Assembly (NCBI GenBank): GCA_046538485.1
Contig: JBKHIT010000030.1
Location: 1-57,449, forward strand
From: Candidatus Brocadiia bacterium
GTDB lineage: Bacteria; Planctomycetota; Brocadiia; SM23-32
Direction of reading: 5' to 3'
Length of the DNA stretch: 57,449 nt
How positions within the stretch are numbered: position 1 is the stretch's first letter; every line of letters starts with the position of its first letter. The notes under the pieces are model-generated. The model made no database searches. It saw only the letters and a list, made by a program, of their open reading frames with translations, and had not been told where the DNA came from. This document shows positions 8,581 to 18,359 of this stretch, in pieces. The position numbers and the translations under genes were made by a program.

Positions 8581-9576
8581 ATGAAAAGCCTCTGTAAACT
8601 TCCGGTCGAGTTTGCCGGTCTCGGTTCGTATGTGCCCGATAAAGTGTTGACCAATTACGACCTTGAGAAAATGGTTGACACTTCCGACGAATGGATCACC
8701 AAAAGAACAGGCATTAAGGAACGACGGTTGGTGGCGGACCATCAGGCGACAAGTGATCTTGCTGTCGCGGCTGCCAAACAAGCGCTGGACGATGCCGAGC
8801 TTGCTCCCGAGGATGTGGATGTTTTGACCGTCTGCACCTGCACCCCGGATCATTTTTTTCCGGCCACCGCGTGCCTTGTTCAGGATGCTATCGGCGCAAC
8901 CAACGCCGTCTGCTACGATCTTGAGGCCGCCTGCAGCGGATTTGTGTTTGGCACAACCCAGGCGGCCGGTATGGTTCAATCGGGAATTGCCAAAAATGCA
9001 CTGGTGATCGGCGCTGAATCGCTCAGTCGGTTCACGGATTTTGAAGATAGACGTTCGTGTATTCTTTTTGGTGACGGCGCGGGAGCGGCCGTTTTAACGG
9101 GCACCGACAGATCGGCAGAAATCATTTACTGCGACCTGGGAGCCGACGGATCGGAACCGGATATTCTTGTCATCCCCGCCGGTGGATCGCGAAAAACGGC
9201 AAGTCATCAGACCGTCGACGCGGGTGAGCACTACATGAAATTGAAAGGCCGCGAGGTCTTTAAATATGCCGTTAACAAACTCGGCGAACTCGTCCAGAGG
9301 ATCCCGGAAGAGACCGACGTCGCGCTTGAAGAAATCAAGATGATCATCCCCCATCAAAGTAACGAGCGTATAATCCGAAGTGTCTGCGAACGGGCAGCTC
9401 TCCCGCTGGATGTTGCCTATCTGAACATTGACCGTGTCGGTAATACGAGCGCCGCGTCGATTCCGATGGCCCTCACTGAATCGGTCGAAAAAGGTATTGT
9501 TGAACGAGACGACTATGTGCTGCTGCTTGCTTTCGGTGGGGGTTTGACGTGGGGCTCAATACTGTTCCGATACTGA
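8581..9576 (+). CDS. fabH: 3-oxoacyl-ACP synthase III
   Basis: DTSDEWI..RTGI, AACSGF, LFGDGAGA, PHQSN, GNTSAAS. Confidence 0.95.
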   Translation: MKSLCKLPVEFAGLGSYVPDKVLTNYDLEKMVDTSDEWITKRTGIKERRLVADHQATSDLAVAAAKQALDDAELAPEDVDVLTVCTCTPDHFFPATACLVQDAIGATNAVCYDLEAACSGFVFGTTQAAGMVQSGIAKNALVIGAESLSRFTDFEDRRSCILFGDGAGAAVLTGTDRSAEIIYCDLGADGSEPDILVIPAGGSRKTASHQTVDAGEHYMKLKGREVFKYAVNKLGELVQRIPEETDVALEEIKMIIPHQSNERIIRSVCERAALPLDVAYLNIDRVGNTSAASIPMALTESVEKGIVERDDYVLLLAFGGGLTWGSILFRY

Positions 9577-9713
9577 ACGCTTCCGCTACAATTATGGATT
9601 TCATTCAGACCTGACTGAGCCCGGATTTTACGGATAAATTGAACCGACTATTGCCAAATTTCACGGGGCTTGTTCGTTGTGCAAAAAGTGAACTCGTTGC
9701 CAGGAGACAACAA

Positions 9714-10673
9714 ATGGCTGTAGAGGTTCTTCTGTTCCCCGGTCAGGGAGCGCAGAAAGTCGGAATGGGTGCGGATATTTGTGAGACGTATGATTCGGCG
9801 TGCCGTGTCTTTGAAAAAGCTTCAGCGAGCATTGATGTCGACCTGGAAAGTGTATGTTTTGAGGGGCCCCGGGAAGAATTGAACCGAACCGACCTGTGCC
9901 AGCCTGCCATCCTTACGGCCAGTATTGCTGTTCACGAAGCCATTGAAGAAGAGCTGGGGCGAGAGCTGGCGCCTTCCATTGTAGCCGGCCTGAGTTTGGG
10001 AGAGTATTCGGCCTACGTTGTAGCCAAAGCCATTGAGCTGGAGGATGCTGTCCGGCTTGTCTTTGCACGCGGTACGTATATGCAGGAAGCCTGTGATCAA
10101 AATCCCGGAACAATGTATTCGATTATCGGTCTTGACGATGAGGTCATCGAAGATGCATGCAGCCAGGTGCGCGAGCGTGGTGGTCAGGTTTGGCCGGCCA
10201 ACTACAATTCTCCCGGCCAGCTGGTTATCAGCGGTGGGAAGGAAGCGGCGGCGGAGGCGGCGCAGATTTGTGAAGACAACGGTGCGCGACGTGCCATCGA
10301 GCTGAAAGTCGCGGGAGCGTTCCACACCCCGCTGATGCAGACGGCGGCTGAGAAGCTGGGGGCAGAACTGCAAGCGACCGATTTCAAGGAACCGATATGC
10401 CCGGTTGTTGCCAACACATCCGCCGAACCCTGTGAGAATCCGGACGATATTCGGGATCTACTCAAGCAACAGGTAACTCACCCCGTCCGGTGGAGCCAGA
10501 GCATGCAGTGGTGTCTGTCAAGAGACCATAATGAATACGCAGAGCTCGGTCCCGGACGTGTCTTGAGAGGTTTGTTGAAACGGATTGATAAGAGAGCGGA
10601 CTGTGTATCAATCGGGGATGTTGAGGGCGTTAAAGAAAATTACGCGGATTTGTCGCACCGCGAAACTGAATAA
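9714..10673 (+). CDS. fabD: Malonyl-CoA:ACP transacylase
   Basis: FPGQGAQ, GLSLGEYS, GAFHT. Confidence 0.95.
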   Translation: MAVEVLLFPGQGAQKVGMGADICETYDSACRVFEKASASIDVDLESVCFEGPREELNRTDLCQPAILTASIAVHEAIEEELGRELAPSIVAGLSLGEYSAYVVAKAIELEDAVRLVFARGTYMQEACDQNPGTMYSIIGLDDEVIEDACSQVRERGGQVWPANYNSPGQLVISGGKEAAAEAAQICEDNGARRAIELKVAGAFHTPLMQTAAEKLGAELQATDFKEPICPVVANTSAEPCENPDDIRDLLKQQVTHPVRWSQSMQWCLSRDHNEYAELGPGRVLRGLLKRIDKRADCVSIGDVEGVKENYADLSHRETE

Positions 10674-10693
10674 CAAAGGATAAGGAGAATCTC

Positions 10694-11437
10694 ATGGGTA
10701 TTCTGGACGGTAAAACGGCGCTTGTTACCGGAGCTTCGCGGGGTATCGGTCAGGCGATCTCACGGCGTCTTGCTGTGGCCGGCGCCAATGTGGCGGGACT
10801 CGATGTCGACGCCGGACCGTTGCACGAGACACAGGCGCTCGTCGAGGAAAACGATAGGGAGTTTATGGCCATTGAAGCCGACGTGACGGAATTCGATCAG
10901 ATGGAGGAGGCGGCGAGACAAGTGGTGGATACGTTTGGTTCACTCGACGTAATGGTTAACAACGCAGGTATTACCCGTGACAATCTTTTGATCCGCATGG
11001 ATCAGCAGGATTGGGACCAGGTGATTGCCGTGAACCTGACCGGTGTTTTCAACGGTGTGAAAGCTGTTGCGCGACCGATGATGAGGCAAAAAAGCGGGAG
11101 CATCGTCAACATATCCAGCGTTGTGGGGTTGCTGGGAAATCCGGGGCAGGTCAATTACAGCGCAAGCAAAGCGGGCGTGCTGGGCGTAACAAAGTCCGCG
11201 GCCCGGGAGATGGCCAAGCGCGGGGTCCGCGCCAACGCTGTGGCTCCGGGATACATTAAAACGAGGATGACGGAAGAGCTCGGAGATGAAGCCCGCGAGG
11301 CGTTGATGAACCAAATTCCTCTTCAACAGCTGGGGACACCCGAGGATGTTGCGGAAGCAGTATTATTCCTTTCGTCCGATGCTTCTCGCTACATTACCGG
11401 ACAGGTTATAAGCGTGGATGGTGGGATGGCCATGTAA
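10694..11437 (+). CDS. fabG: 3-oxoacyl-ACP reductase
   Basis: TGASRGIG, NNAGITRD, YSASK; fab operon context. Confidence 0.95.
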   Translation: MGILDGKTALVTGASRGIGQAISRRLAVAGANVAGLDVDAGPLHETQALVEENDREFMAIEADVTEFDQMEEAARQVVDTFGSLDVMVNNAGITRDNLLIRMDQQDWDQVIAVNLTGVFNGVKAVARPMMRQKSGSIVNISSVVGLLGNPGQVNYSASKAGVLGVTKSAAREMAKRGVRANAVAPGYIKTRMTEELGDEAREALMNQIPLQQLGTPEDVAEAVLFLSSDASRYITGQVISVDGGMAM

Positions 11438-11601
11438 AATGATAGCCGAGAACTGGGTGGCATTTACTTGAAATGCGATACACACTGACGTTAAAGTTCT
11501 TGAAACCCTGGGGTGGCATAAGTGCCAGAGGTTTCCCGATTGTCGGGTCCCCGGGCGCCAAAGCGAGAAGCCGTTTTTAATTCCATGAGGAGGTTAAAGA
11601 A

Positions 11602-11841
11602 GTGACCGACGACGACATCGCACAAGCGGTTAAGAGTATGGTTGCAGAAAGAATGGATGTGGAAGAATCCCAGATTACCGACGGAACGCATTTCGTCAAC
11701 GATCTCCAGGCCGATTCTCTCGATATGGCAGAACTGGTCATCGATATGGAAGAAGAATTCGATGTTCAGATCAGCGATGAAGAAGCCCAGGATATCGAAA
11801 CTGTTGGGCAAGCGATCCAATATATACAGGGGAATAAGTAG
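11602..11841 (+). CDS. acpP: Acyl carrier protein
   Basis: DLQADSLD phosphopantetheine site; GAGGAGG RBS with GTG start. Confidence 0.95.
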   Translation: MTDDDIAQAVKSMVAERMDVEESQITDGTHFVNDLQADSLDMAELVIDMEEEFDVQISDEEAQDIETVGQAIQYIQGNK

Positions 11842-11846
11842 CAGTA

Positions 11847-13094
11847 ATGGGGTCCAGACGCGTTGTCATCACTGGAATGGGAGCGGTGTCTCCCGTCGGG
11901 ATGGACTGCAAGAGCACATGGGAAGCCGTCCGTGAAGGACGGAGTGGAATCGGACACATTCAGGCGTTCGATTCCAGCGAGTACCACGTACATATTGCCG
12001 GGGAAATCCCCGAATTTGACCCCCTCGACTACGTTTCGAAACGCCGGTCAAGGAGGATGGACAGGTTTGTGCAGTTTGCGATTGCGGCAAGTGATCAAGC
12101 TCTCGAACAGAGCGGCTTGCTCGATGTTGGTGTCGATCCCAAACGTGTGGGAGTTTATATCGGTACCGGCATTGGAGGTCTTCATGAAATCGAAGATCAG
12201 CACACCCGTCTGATGAATTCCGGTCCCACGCGCACAAGCCCCATGATGATCCCAAAGCTGATGACAAACGCGGCAGCCGGCCAGGTCAGTCTGCGTAACG
12301 GTTTCAAGGGGCCGAGTTTCTCGGTCTCGAGTGCCTGCGCATCAGGTTCTAACGCGATTGGTGAAGCATACCGCAGTATACGGGAGGGTATGGTCGACTG
12401 GCAGGTTTGCGGTGGTTCGGAAGCCGCTGTGACGCCGATGGGGGTCTCTGGTTTCATGCAAATGAAGGCCATTTCACGCCGAAACGACGAACCCGAAAAA
12501 GCCAGTCGTCCTTTTGATAAAGATCGCGACGGATTTGTGATGGCCGAAGGGGCGGCTATATTCGTCATGGAAAGCCTTGAAAAGGCCGAGGCACGGGGAG
12601 CGGAGATTTTCGCCGAGATAGTCGGGTACGGTGCCAGCAGCGATGCGTATCACATGACCCTCCCCTGTCAGGAAGGCGCCGGGGCTCGTTATTCCATGAT
12701 AAATGCTCTTGCAGATGCGGGGATGGAAACCACAGAGATCTCATACATAAATGCACACGGGACCGGGACGCCTGCCGGTGATGGTATCGAGGCGAAGGCG
12801 ATTAGAGAGTTGTTCAAAGAATATGCCAGAGAACTCCCCGTCAGCTCATCCAAAAGTATTTTTGGGCATCTTCTCGGTGCTTCCGGAGCACTGGAAACTT
12901 TCGTTTGCATTCGCGCCCTCCAGGAGAATGTGTGTCCCCCGACGATCAATTTGGAGACTGTCGATCCCGAGTGTGAAGGCATTAACCTGGTACCGCACAC
13001 GGCGCAGGAACATACCCTGAGGTCAGTTATGAATAACTCCTTTGGGTTCGGCGGGCACAACGTTTGCCTTATCCTTCAGGAGTTTGAGAAATAA
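11847..13094 (+). CDS. fabF: 3-oxoacyl-ACP synthase II
   Basis: SACASG, NAHGTGT, GHLLGA, NSFGFGG. Confidence 0.95.
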   Translation: MGSRRVVITGMGAVSPVGMDCKSTWEAVREGRSGIGHIQAFDSSEYHVHIAGEIPEFDPLDYVSKRRSRRMDRFVQFAIAASDQALEQSGLLDVGVDPKRVGVYIGTGIGGLHEIEDQHTRLMNSGPTRTSPMMIPKLMTNAAAGQVSLRNGFKGPSFSVSSACASGSNAIGEAYRSIREGMVDWQVCGGSEAAVTPMGVSGFMQMKAISRRNDEPEKASRPFDKDRDGFVMAEGAAIFVMESLEKAEARGAEIFAEIVGYGASSDAYHMTLPCQEGAGARYSMINALADAGMETTEISYINAHGTGTPAGDGIEAKAIRELFKEYARELPVSSSKSIFGHLLGASGALETFVCIRALQENVCPPTINLETVDPECEGINLVPHTAQEHTLRSVMNNSFGFGGHNVCLILQEFEK

Positions 13095-13131
13095 TTCGTA
13101 GCGTATCTGAACTGAAAAAAAACCGTTTTGC

Positions 13132-13168
13132 CGGCGCCGCCAATAAAAAGCGGCGCCTTCGCTATTTT
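13132..13168 (+). terminator. Possible hairpin/terminator after fabF
   Basis: GGCGCCGC-loop-GCGGCGCC with a displaced T run. Confidence 0.4.
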
Positions 13169-13188
13169 TGGCCGGGCAGAGGCTCCTG

Positions 13189-14367
13189 ATGGCAAAAAAA
13201 ATCGTCCATATTATTACGCGGATGATACTTGGCGGAGCCCAGGAAAATACTCTGCTCAGCTGTGAAGGGCTCAATCGTTCGCCGGAATGGGATGTAACGC
13301 TTCTGACCGGCCCGGCGATCGGACCCGAGGGTGAGCTCATTCGGCGCGCCAGAAAATCCGGCATTCGCACGGTTGTCATACCGGAGATGCGCAGGGCTAT
13401 TTCGCCGTGGCGTGACAGCGTCTCGCTTGGGAAAATTCTCGAGTATCTGCGTGTGAAAGAGCCTGACATTGTGCATACGCACAGCTCCAAAGCCGGGGTG
13501 CTCGGACGTCTCGCGGCCCATTTCGCCCGGGTCCCCGTGGTCATTCATACGATCCATGGTCTCCCCTTTCACCCGTATGAGAATGTTTTCTCGAACGCGG
13601 TTTATATTGCCGCCGAAAAACTGGGAGCTGCATGCTGCGGTCGCATCGCGTGCGTCGCCGATGCCATGGCTGAACAGGCTCTTGCCGCCGGCGTGGGCAG
13701 TGAGAGTCAGTTCGCTACAATTCACAGCGGCATGGAAGTGGACGCCTTTCTGGAGGCGGGCAGTCGACGACATACAATCCGGGAGCGATACGGCTTCACG
13801 GAGGATGACGTGGTGATCGGCAAAATTGCCCGTCTTTTCCACCTCAAAGGCCATAAGTACGTCCTTCAGGCCGCCCCGGAGATCGTTCATGAATGTCCCG
13901 AAGCGAAATTTATGTTTGTCGGCGATGGGATCCTACGATCCCATCTGGAAAGCATGGCCCGTGATCTGGGGGTGGCCGATCGGGTGGTTTTCACGGGGCT
14001 GGTCGATTCAGCAGAGATTCCGGACATGATCAGCGCGATGGATATGCTGATCCATGCTTCCCTGCGCGAGGGGCTCCCACGGGCCGTCGTGCAGGCTTTG
14101 CTGGAAGCCCGACCGGTCGTGTGTTATGACGTCGATGGAGCGCCTGAAGTTGTTATTGACGGAGAGACAGGCCGTCTCGTCCCGCCTGAATCAGTCCAGG
14201 AACTCGCTGAAGCAGTCACTGAGCTGATTAAAATCCCCGAAAAGGCCCGGACTATGGCTGAAAATGCCCGGGGTCGGTTTGCGGACCAATTTCGAGCTGA
14301 AACGATGGTTCACGAGCTTGAGAAGCTCTATCGCAATGAATTATCGCGGGCTGGCGGCTTTGCATGA
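13189..14367 (+). CDS. GT4-family glycosyltransferase
   Basis: GGAQ, VHTHSSKAG, KGH, EGLP...QA..A.RPVV. Confidence 0.9.
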   Translation: MAKKIVHIITRMILGGAQENTLLSCEGLNRSPEWDVTLLTGPAIGPEGELIRRARKSGIRTVVIPEMRRAISPWRDSVSLGKILEYLRVKEPDIVHTHSSKAGVLGRLAAHFARVPVVIHTIHGLPFHPYENVFSNAVYIAAEKLGAACCGRIACVADAMAEQALAAGVGSESQFATIHSGMEVDAFLEAGSRRHTIRERYGFTEDDVVIGKIARLFHLKGHKYVLQAAPEIVHECPEAKFMFVGDGILRSHLESMARDLGVADRVVFTGLVDSAEIPDMISAMDMLIHASLREGLPRAVVQALLEARPVVCYDVDGAPEVVIDGETGRLVPPESVQELAEAVTELIKIPEKARTMAENARGRFADQFRAETMVHELEKLYRNELSRAGGFA

Positions 14368-14469
14368 GAAAAAACGGGACATGAAAAATGATTTTCCGCT
14401 TTTGATCGATTTAATCATGCGGTATTATATGAGCGGTATTTCAGTAACACGTTGAGCGGAAGAAAAAAG

Positions 14470-14889
14470 ATGGCAGTCGAAACGAAAAGTTTTACATTCA
14501 GCACCAGAGCCGACATCGATATCGTCGATGTCACCGATGATGTGGCCGAACTGGTCGATGACGGATCGATCGAGGACGGTGTCGTTACGGTTTTTATCCC
14601 CGGATCGACGGGAGCTGTCACCACAATAGAGTGTGAACCGGGTTTGGTTCAGGATGTTAAAGAGTACTTTGACCGGGTTGTGCCAAAAGATGATTACTAC
14701 CACCACGAAGAACGCTGGCACGATAAAAACGGGCACTCACACGTCCGCGCCAGCCTTGTCGGTCCGTCGGTGTCCATCCCATTTCGCGATAGACGGCTGA
14801 TGCTGGGGACATGGCAGCAGATTGTGTTCATGGATTTCGATGTCCGGGCCCGTGAACGCGAGCTAATTGTTCAGATAAACGGCGAGTAA
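14470..14889 (+). CDS. YjbQ/UPF0047 family protein
   Basis: GSTGAVTTIE.EPGL..D, NGHSHVRASL.G, LGTWQQI. Confidence 0.9.
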   Translation: MAVETKSFTFSTRADIDIVDVTDDVAELVDDGSIEDGVVTVFIPGSTGAVTTIECEPGLVQDVKEYFDRVVPKDDYYHHEERWHDKNGHSHVRASLVGPSVSIPFRDRRLMLGTWQQIVFMDFDVRARERELIVQINGE

Positions 14890-14938
14890 AAATTCCATTT
14901 GTGCTTATTCTTCTTCGACGATACTCTGCGAGGAAACC

Positions 14939-15580
14939 ATGAAACGATTCGAACAAATCCAGCGAATGCTCAAGACAGCGTTTTTTGCAGTTATCAGGGC
15001 CGACAGTTCAGAACAGCTTATCGAGGTGGGCTGGGCCCTTAAAGAAGGCGGTTGTGATCTCATCGAAGTAACAATGACCACGCCGGATGCTCTGTCGGTA
15101 ATTGACAAAACCGTGGCAGAACTCGGCGAAGATGTCATCGTGGGCGCAGGGAGTGTGCTTGACGCTGAGACTGCCCGTGCGGCGATCTTGAACGGTGCTG
15201 AATACGTGGTAAGTCCCATTACTGACCTGGATATGATCGAGATGGCGCATCGGTACGACAAGCCCGCCGTTCCCGGTGCCTACACCCCGACCGAAGCGCT
15301 CGATGCTTACAAAGCGGGGGCCGATTTCGTGAAAATATTTCCCGCCAGCATTGGAGGCCCGAAATATATCAAAGCGATAAAAGCACCCATGCCCCAGCTC
15401 TCATTGGTCCCTACGGGCGGTGTGAATCTTGACAATATCCTCGATTTTCTCGAAGCCGGGGCGGATGCCTGCGGGGTCGGCAGTGCATTGGTGAAAAAAG
15501 ACGCCCTGAAAGAGGGAGACATGGACGAAATACAGCGAACCGCGGCAGCTTTCATGGAAAAAGTGGAAAGCGCAAGATAA
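14939..15580 (+). CDS. eda: KDPG/KHG aldolase
   Basis: IEVTMTTP, GAGSVLD, PG..TPTE, VKIFPA, PTGGV. Confidence 0.9.
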   Translation: MKRFEQIQRMLKTAFFAVIRADSSEQLIEVGWALKEGGCDLIEVTMTTPDALSVIDKTVAELGEDVIVGAGSVLDAETARAAILNGAEYVVSPITDLDMIEMAHRYDKPAVPGAYTPTEALDAYKAGADFVKIFPASIGGPKYIKAIKAPMPQLSLVPTGGVNLDNILDFLEAGADACGVGSALVKKDALKEGDMDEIQRTAAAFMEKVESAR

Positions 15581-15653
15581 TACGGTGAGTGTGTCACGAC
15601 CGGGGAGCAGTTTGCAGTGTCAGATGCCGTATTTTTTTTGAAGGGAAAGGGCA

Positions 15654-15857
15654 ATGGCCAGAGTGCTCATTCTATCAGGGAGCCCGAGGGAAGGTGGCAA
15701 TACGGATGATTGTGTCGCCAGAGTCTCCCAAAGGTTGGGAGAAGGCGGCCACGAGGTCGAGACCATCCGTGTGTGTGATCTGGACCTGAAACCGTGTATG
15801 GGTTGTCGCCGGTGCATGGAACTGGGTCGATGCGCCATCGTCTTGCCCCCCTGCTGA
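15654..15857 (+). pseudogene. Truncated iron-sulfur flavoprotein / FMN reductase (N-terminal 67 aa only)
   Basis: LSGSPR.GGNT and CMGCRRC-x5-C, then an abrupt stop; the family is normally about three times longer. Confidence 0.7.
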
Positions 15858-15891
15858 AAAAGAGACAAGAGGTGATTCTGCATCTGGTGGC

Positions 15892-15920
15892 TTGACTCTA
15901 CAGCCTCTTGCGGTTACTTT
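15892..15920 (+). promoter_or_regulatory. Putative tRNA-Pro promoter
   Basis: TTGACT-17 nt-TACTTT. Confidence 0.5.
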
Positions 15921-15931
15921 ATGATAGTTGT

Positions 15932-16010
15932 CGGGGCGTGGCCCAGTCTGGCTTAGGGCGCTACACTGGGGGTGTAGAGGTCCCCGGTTCGAATCCGGGC
16001 GCCCCGACCA
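15932..16010 (+). tRNA. tRNA-Pro(GGG)
   Basis: CGGGGCG acceptor stem, CTACA-CTGGGGG-TGTAG anticodon arm, GGTTCGAATCC, encoded CCA. Confidence 0.95.
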
Positions 16011-16106
16011 TTTTGCAAAACAAGCCCTTGGGCGAGCACGTCGAAGGGCTTTCTCCATACGGGACGGGTTAAGAAGGGCGGTGGGAAACGCTAGACACCG
16101 CAGGGT

Positions 16107-16592
16107 TTGGCCACGCCCGACCCCGCGGAGGTCGTCGAGGGCTCCGTCATTCTTTCGCGGCGGATTGGCAGGGGGATTGCCCTGTTCGTGGCCGCCGATC
16201 TCGGACGCCACTATGCGGCCAGCGGTCCTCATGCGTTGAGTCGCGAAATCATAGCTCGGTTGCTTTCGCAGCGCGTTACGCCGCCGTTCACGACCAATGC
16301 CCCGCCCAATGTGACCGTCAACCTGTGGCGCCGGGAAAACCGTGCGGTTTTGCATCTGCTTAACACCCCGAGCGATCTGCTGCGTCTGCCCGGGGGGAAT
16401 AATGTGGCGCCGCCGATTGCGCCGGAGGATTTCGTGTCGACAGCCCCGATCCGGATCGAAATTCCCAGTCGGTGGAAAAACGGATTCACGCCCGGCTCTG
16501 CCGAACGCTTGAAAGTCGAAACGAACGAGGGAGGCGCCCTGGTGACCCTCACCCGGCTGGACCGGCACGCGGTTGTGGTGTTGGAGGAATGA
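16107..16592 (+). pseudogene. C-terminal fragment of a glycoside-hydrolase-like protein (beta-galactosidase-trimerisation-type tail)
   Basis: TNAPPNVTVNLW...AVLHLLN...RHAVVVLE resembles such tails; in-frame TAG at 16092 and no good RBS. Confidence 0.5.
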
Positions 16593-16599
16593 TGAAAAA

Positions 16600-17520
16600 G
16601 GATCGTCGAAAGGACCAATCCCCCGACTCCCGTTGGTCGCCAGGCCTACGCGCTCACACGCCCCTTTCAGGGGCTCTTACCGTCGCGACAGGTAGCCCCC
16701 ACGTGGATCGTTCAGCACTCCGAAGGAGTGCCTGAGAGTGTAGCCCCGTGCGAAGGCGCCGTCAGCCGCCGGAGTTCGGGGTTCTGGGTGCGAAAAATAG
16801 AACGCGTCCCGAAGGGGGCGCTTGAGTGGAAACTGGCCCCCCCGTGGGGGATGTGATGGGCAGACGTGCCTGCCATTTTGAATCTTATTGGCATTGGTAT
16901 ACCCCCCTTCCAGGTAGTCCACCATGACTCGAAAGCGCAACGGCATAACGGAAAACGAAAAAAGGCAATCAAGGCGGTGGAACCTGCAAAACCGGGAGCG
17001 GACTGGACTTCAGCCGGAGGCTGGAGTTCAGCACGCGGTGTGATTTCCCTGGAGATTCCAGGCGCATTTTCATTTTCCGGCATTTGTCCGCCTCAAGTCC
17101 AGTTTCGCGCGCCGATGGCGGGCTCAGCTGAACTCGAGTCTCCGTTTCCCCTGCGAGCGGACTGGACTTCAGCACCGCTCCCGCGGGGCTGGTTCGCGGC
17201 AATCGGGGTCACCGGATGGGGCTGTTCCGACCTGAAAGGGCGTAACATAATATCCCGGGGTGCAAATGGCTGAAGGTCGTCGGAGCCCCGGGGTACAGTG
17301 TGCATTGAGAAAAAAGTGGGCTGAAAGTCCACCACAAAACTGTCGCCTCTTGCAGCACGAGACATTGCCCGAAAACCGGGGATGCTACCGGCACCGGCCC
17401 GTGTGGTGTCCCGCGCGCCAACGGCGGGCTGTGGATTGCGGTGTGTTAAAGCGGACCGACGGGACGTTTTACTCACCGCTGTGTCGTTCCGCTTTACCTC
17501 ATCTCTCCTTCTCTAAACGG
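16600..17520. repeat. Second composite array of REP-like palindromes
   Basis: GCCCCTTTCAGGGGC, GCACTCCGAAGGAGTGC, GCGTCCCGAAGGGGGCGC, GCGGACTGGACTTCAGC twice, and modules shared with 645-747 and 52706-52763. Confidence 0.75.
17389..17491 (+). repeat. Dispersed repeat of about 103 bp, copy 2
   Basis: Matches 645-747. Confidence 0.9.
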
Positions 17521-17659
17521 AGAACGACAACAAAAGATACTTGCAGCCGTTTTTCAACGGCAATTCGCCTTTACCTTCCGCGCAACAGTAGCGCTGAAGT
17601 CCTGTGCCTTTCCACGGTACACTGAAATATCTGGTAGAAGATGCAGGCTGGACCGTTAC

Positions 17660-17788
17660 TTATGTGACCGGTCTCTGCGTCTTCGCCGGATTGCGCGGGA
17701 ACCAGTTCGTGGTATGCAGGCAGATCTTCACCAGCATCAGCATGACGGGGACCTCGATCAGCACGCCCACAACCGTGGCGAGCGCGGC
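17660..17788 (-). pseudogene. acr3: 3' fragment of an ACR3-family arsenite efflux transporter
   Basis: Manual translation AALATVVGVLIEVPVMLMLVKICL...*, the ACR3 C-terminal motif; upstream sequence in this frame is unrelated. Confidence 0.8.
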
Positions 17789-17929
17789 GTCACGTTCGTG
17801 GTCAACAAGGAGGACAATCCGCTTGTCGCCGCCGAGAGGGCCCTTCGGCTTGCCGAGCGTATGGTCGAGCAGGAGCGTTTTGAGGCTGCGAAAGCCAATC
17901 TCCAGCTTGCCAAGAACCAGCTCGTGCTC
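17786..17929 (+). pseudogene. Internal fragment of a helical protein (possibly YfdX-like)
   Basis: GVTFVVNKEDNPLVAAERALRLAERMVEQERFEAAKANLQLAKNQL; GC-rich coding-like codons; family uncertain. Confidence 0.4.
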
Positions 17930-18097
17930 TTACGCACATAACTGAAGACTATCCTGCGGACCGCCGAGCAGGGGGACGTGCGCGTGCTGTTCCCGATGGT
18001 GCTGGGCGCCGCGGATTTGGAGAGCGCGGTAAATGAGGTGAGAATGATATCCGCGAACCAGGCGAGAGACGAGGCCCCGAAGATCGGTGCCATGGTC
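17930..18097 (+). pseudogene. ptsI: Internal fragment of PTS enzyme I
   Basis: LRT*LKTILRTAEQGDVRVLFPMV...KIGAMV matches EI QLRAILRA..G.VRIMFPM...IG.MVE; TAA sits at the conserved Gln. Confidence 0.7.
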
Positions 18098-18359
18098 GCC
18101 CCCCCGTGCGCTCTTCGAGCTACCGGAGATAAAGGTAGCTCTACCCTTTAGGAAAACACATGTCCGGGCGCCAAATTGTTCTAAAAGAACAAAAAGCGGA
18201 CGCTGAGAGGCCGGGGGGAGAAAAACGACACCTTCAAAGTCCGCTTTTTCTGTTGGGGCGGACGAATTCAAGTCGTTTCTGCTTTCAAGCAAACTTTATC
18301 GCGATTAAAATAAAGGGCTTTTGAATACTGCCTATTCCTTTCACACTTCGGCGAAAGTC

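Noticed and set aside
15675..16568. 297-aa minus-strand ORF
   Set aside because: It crosses tRNA-Pro antisense and has no motifs
16011..18300. Intact integrative element or prophage at tRNA-Pro
   Set aside because: No integrase, transposase or att duplication was found; only remnants
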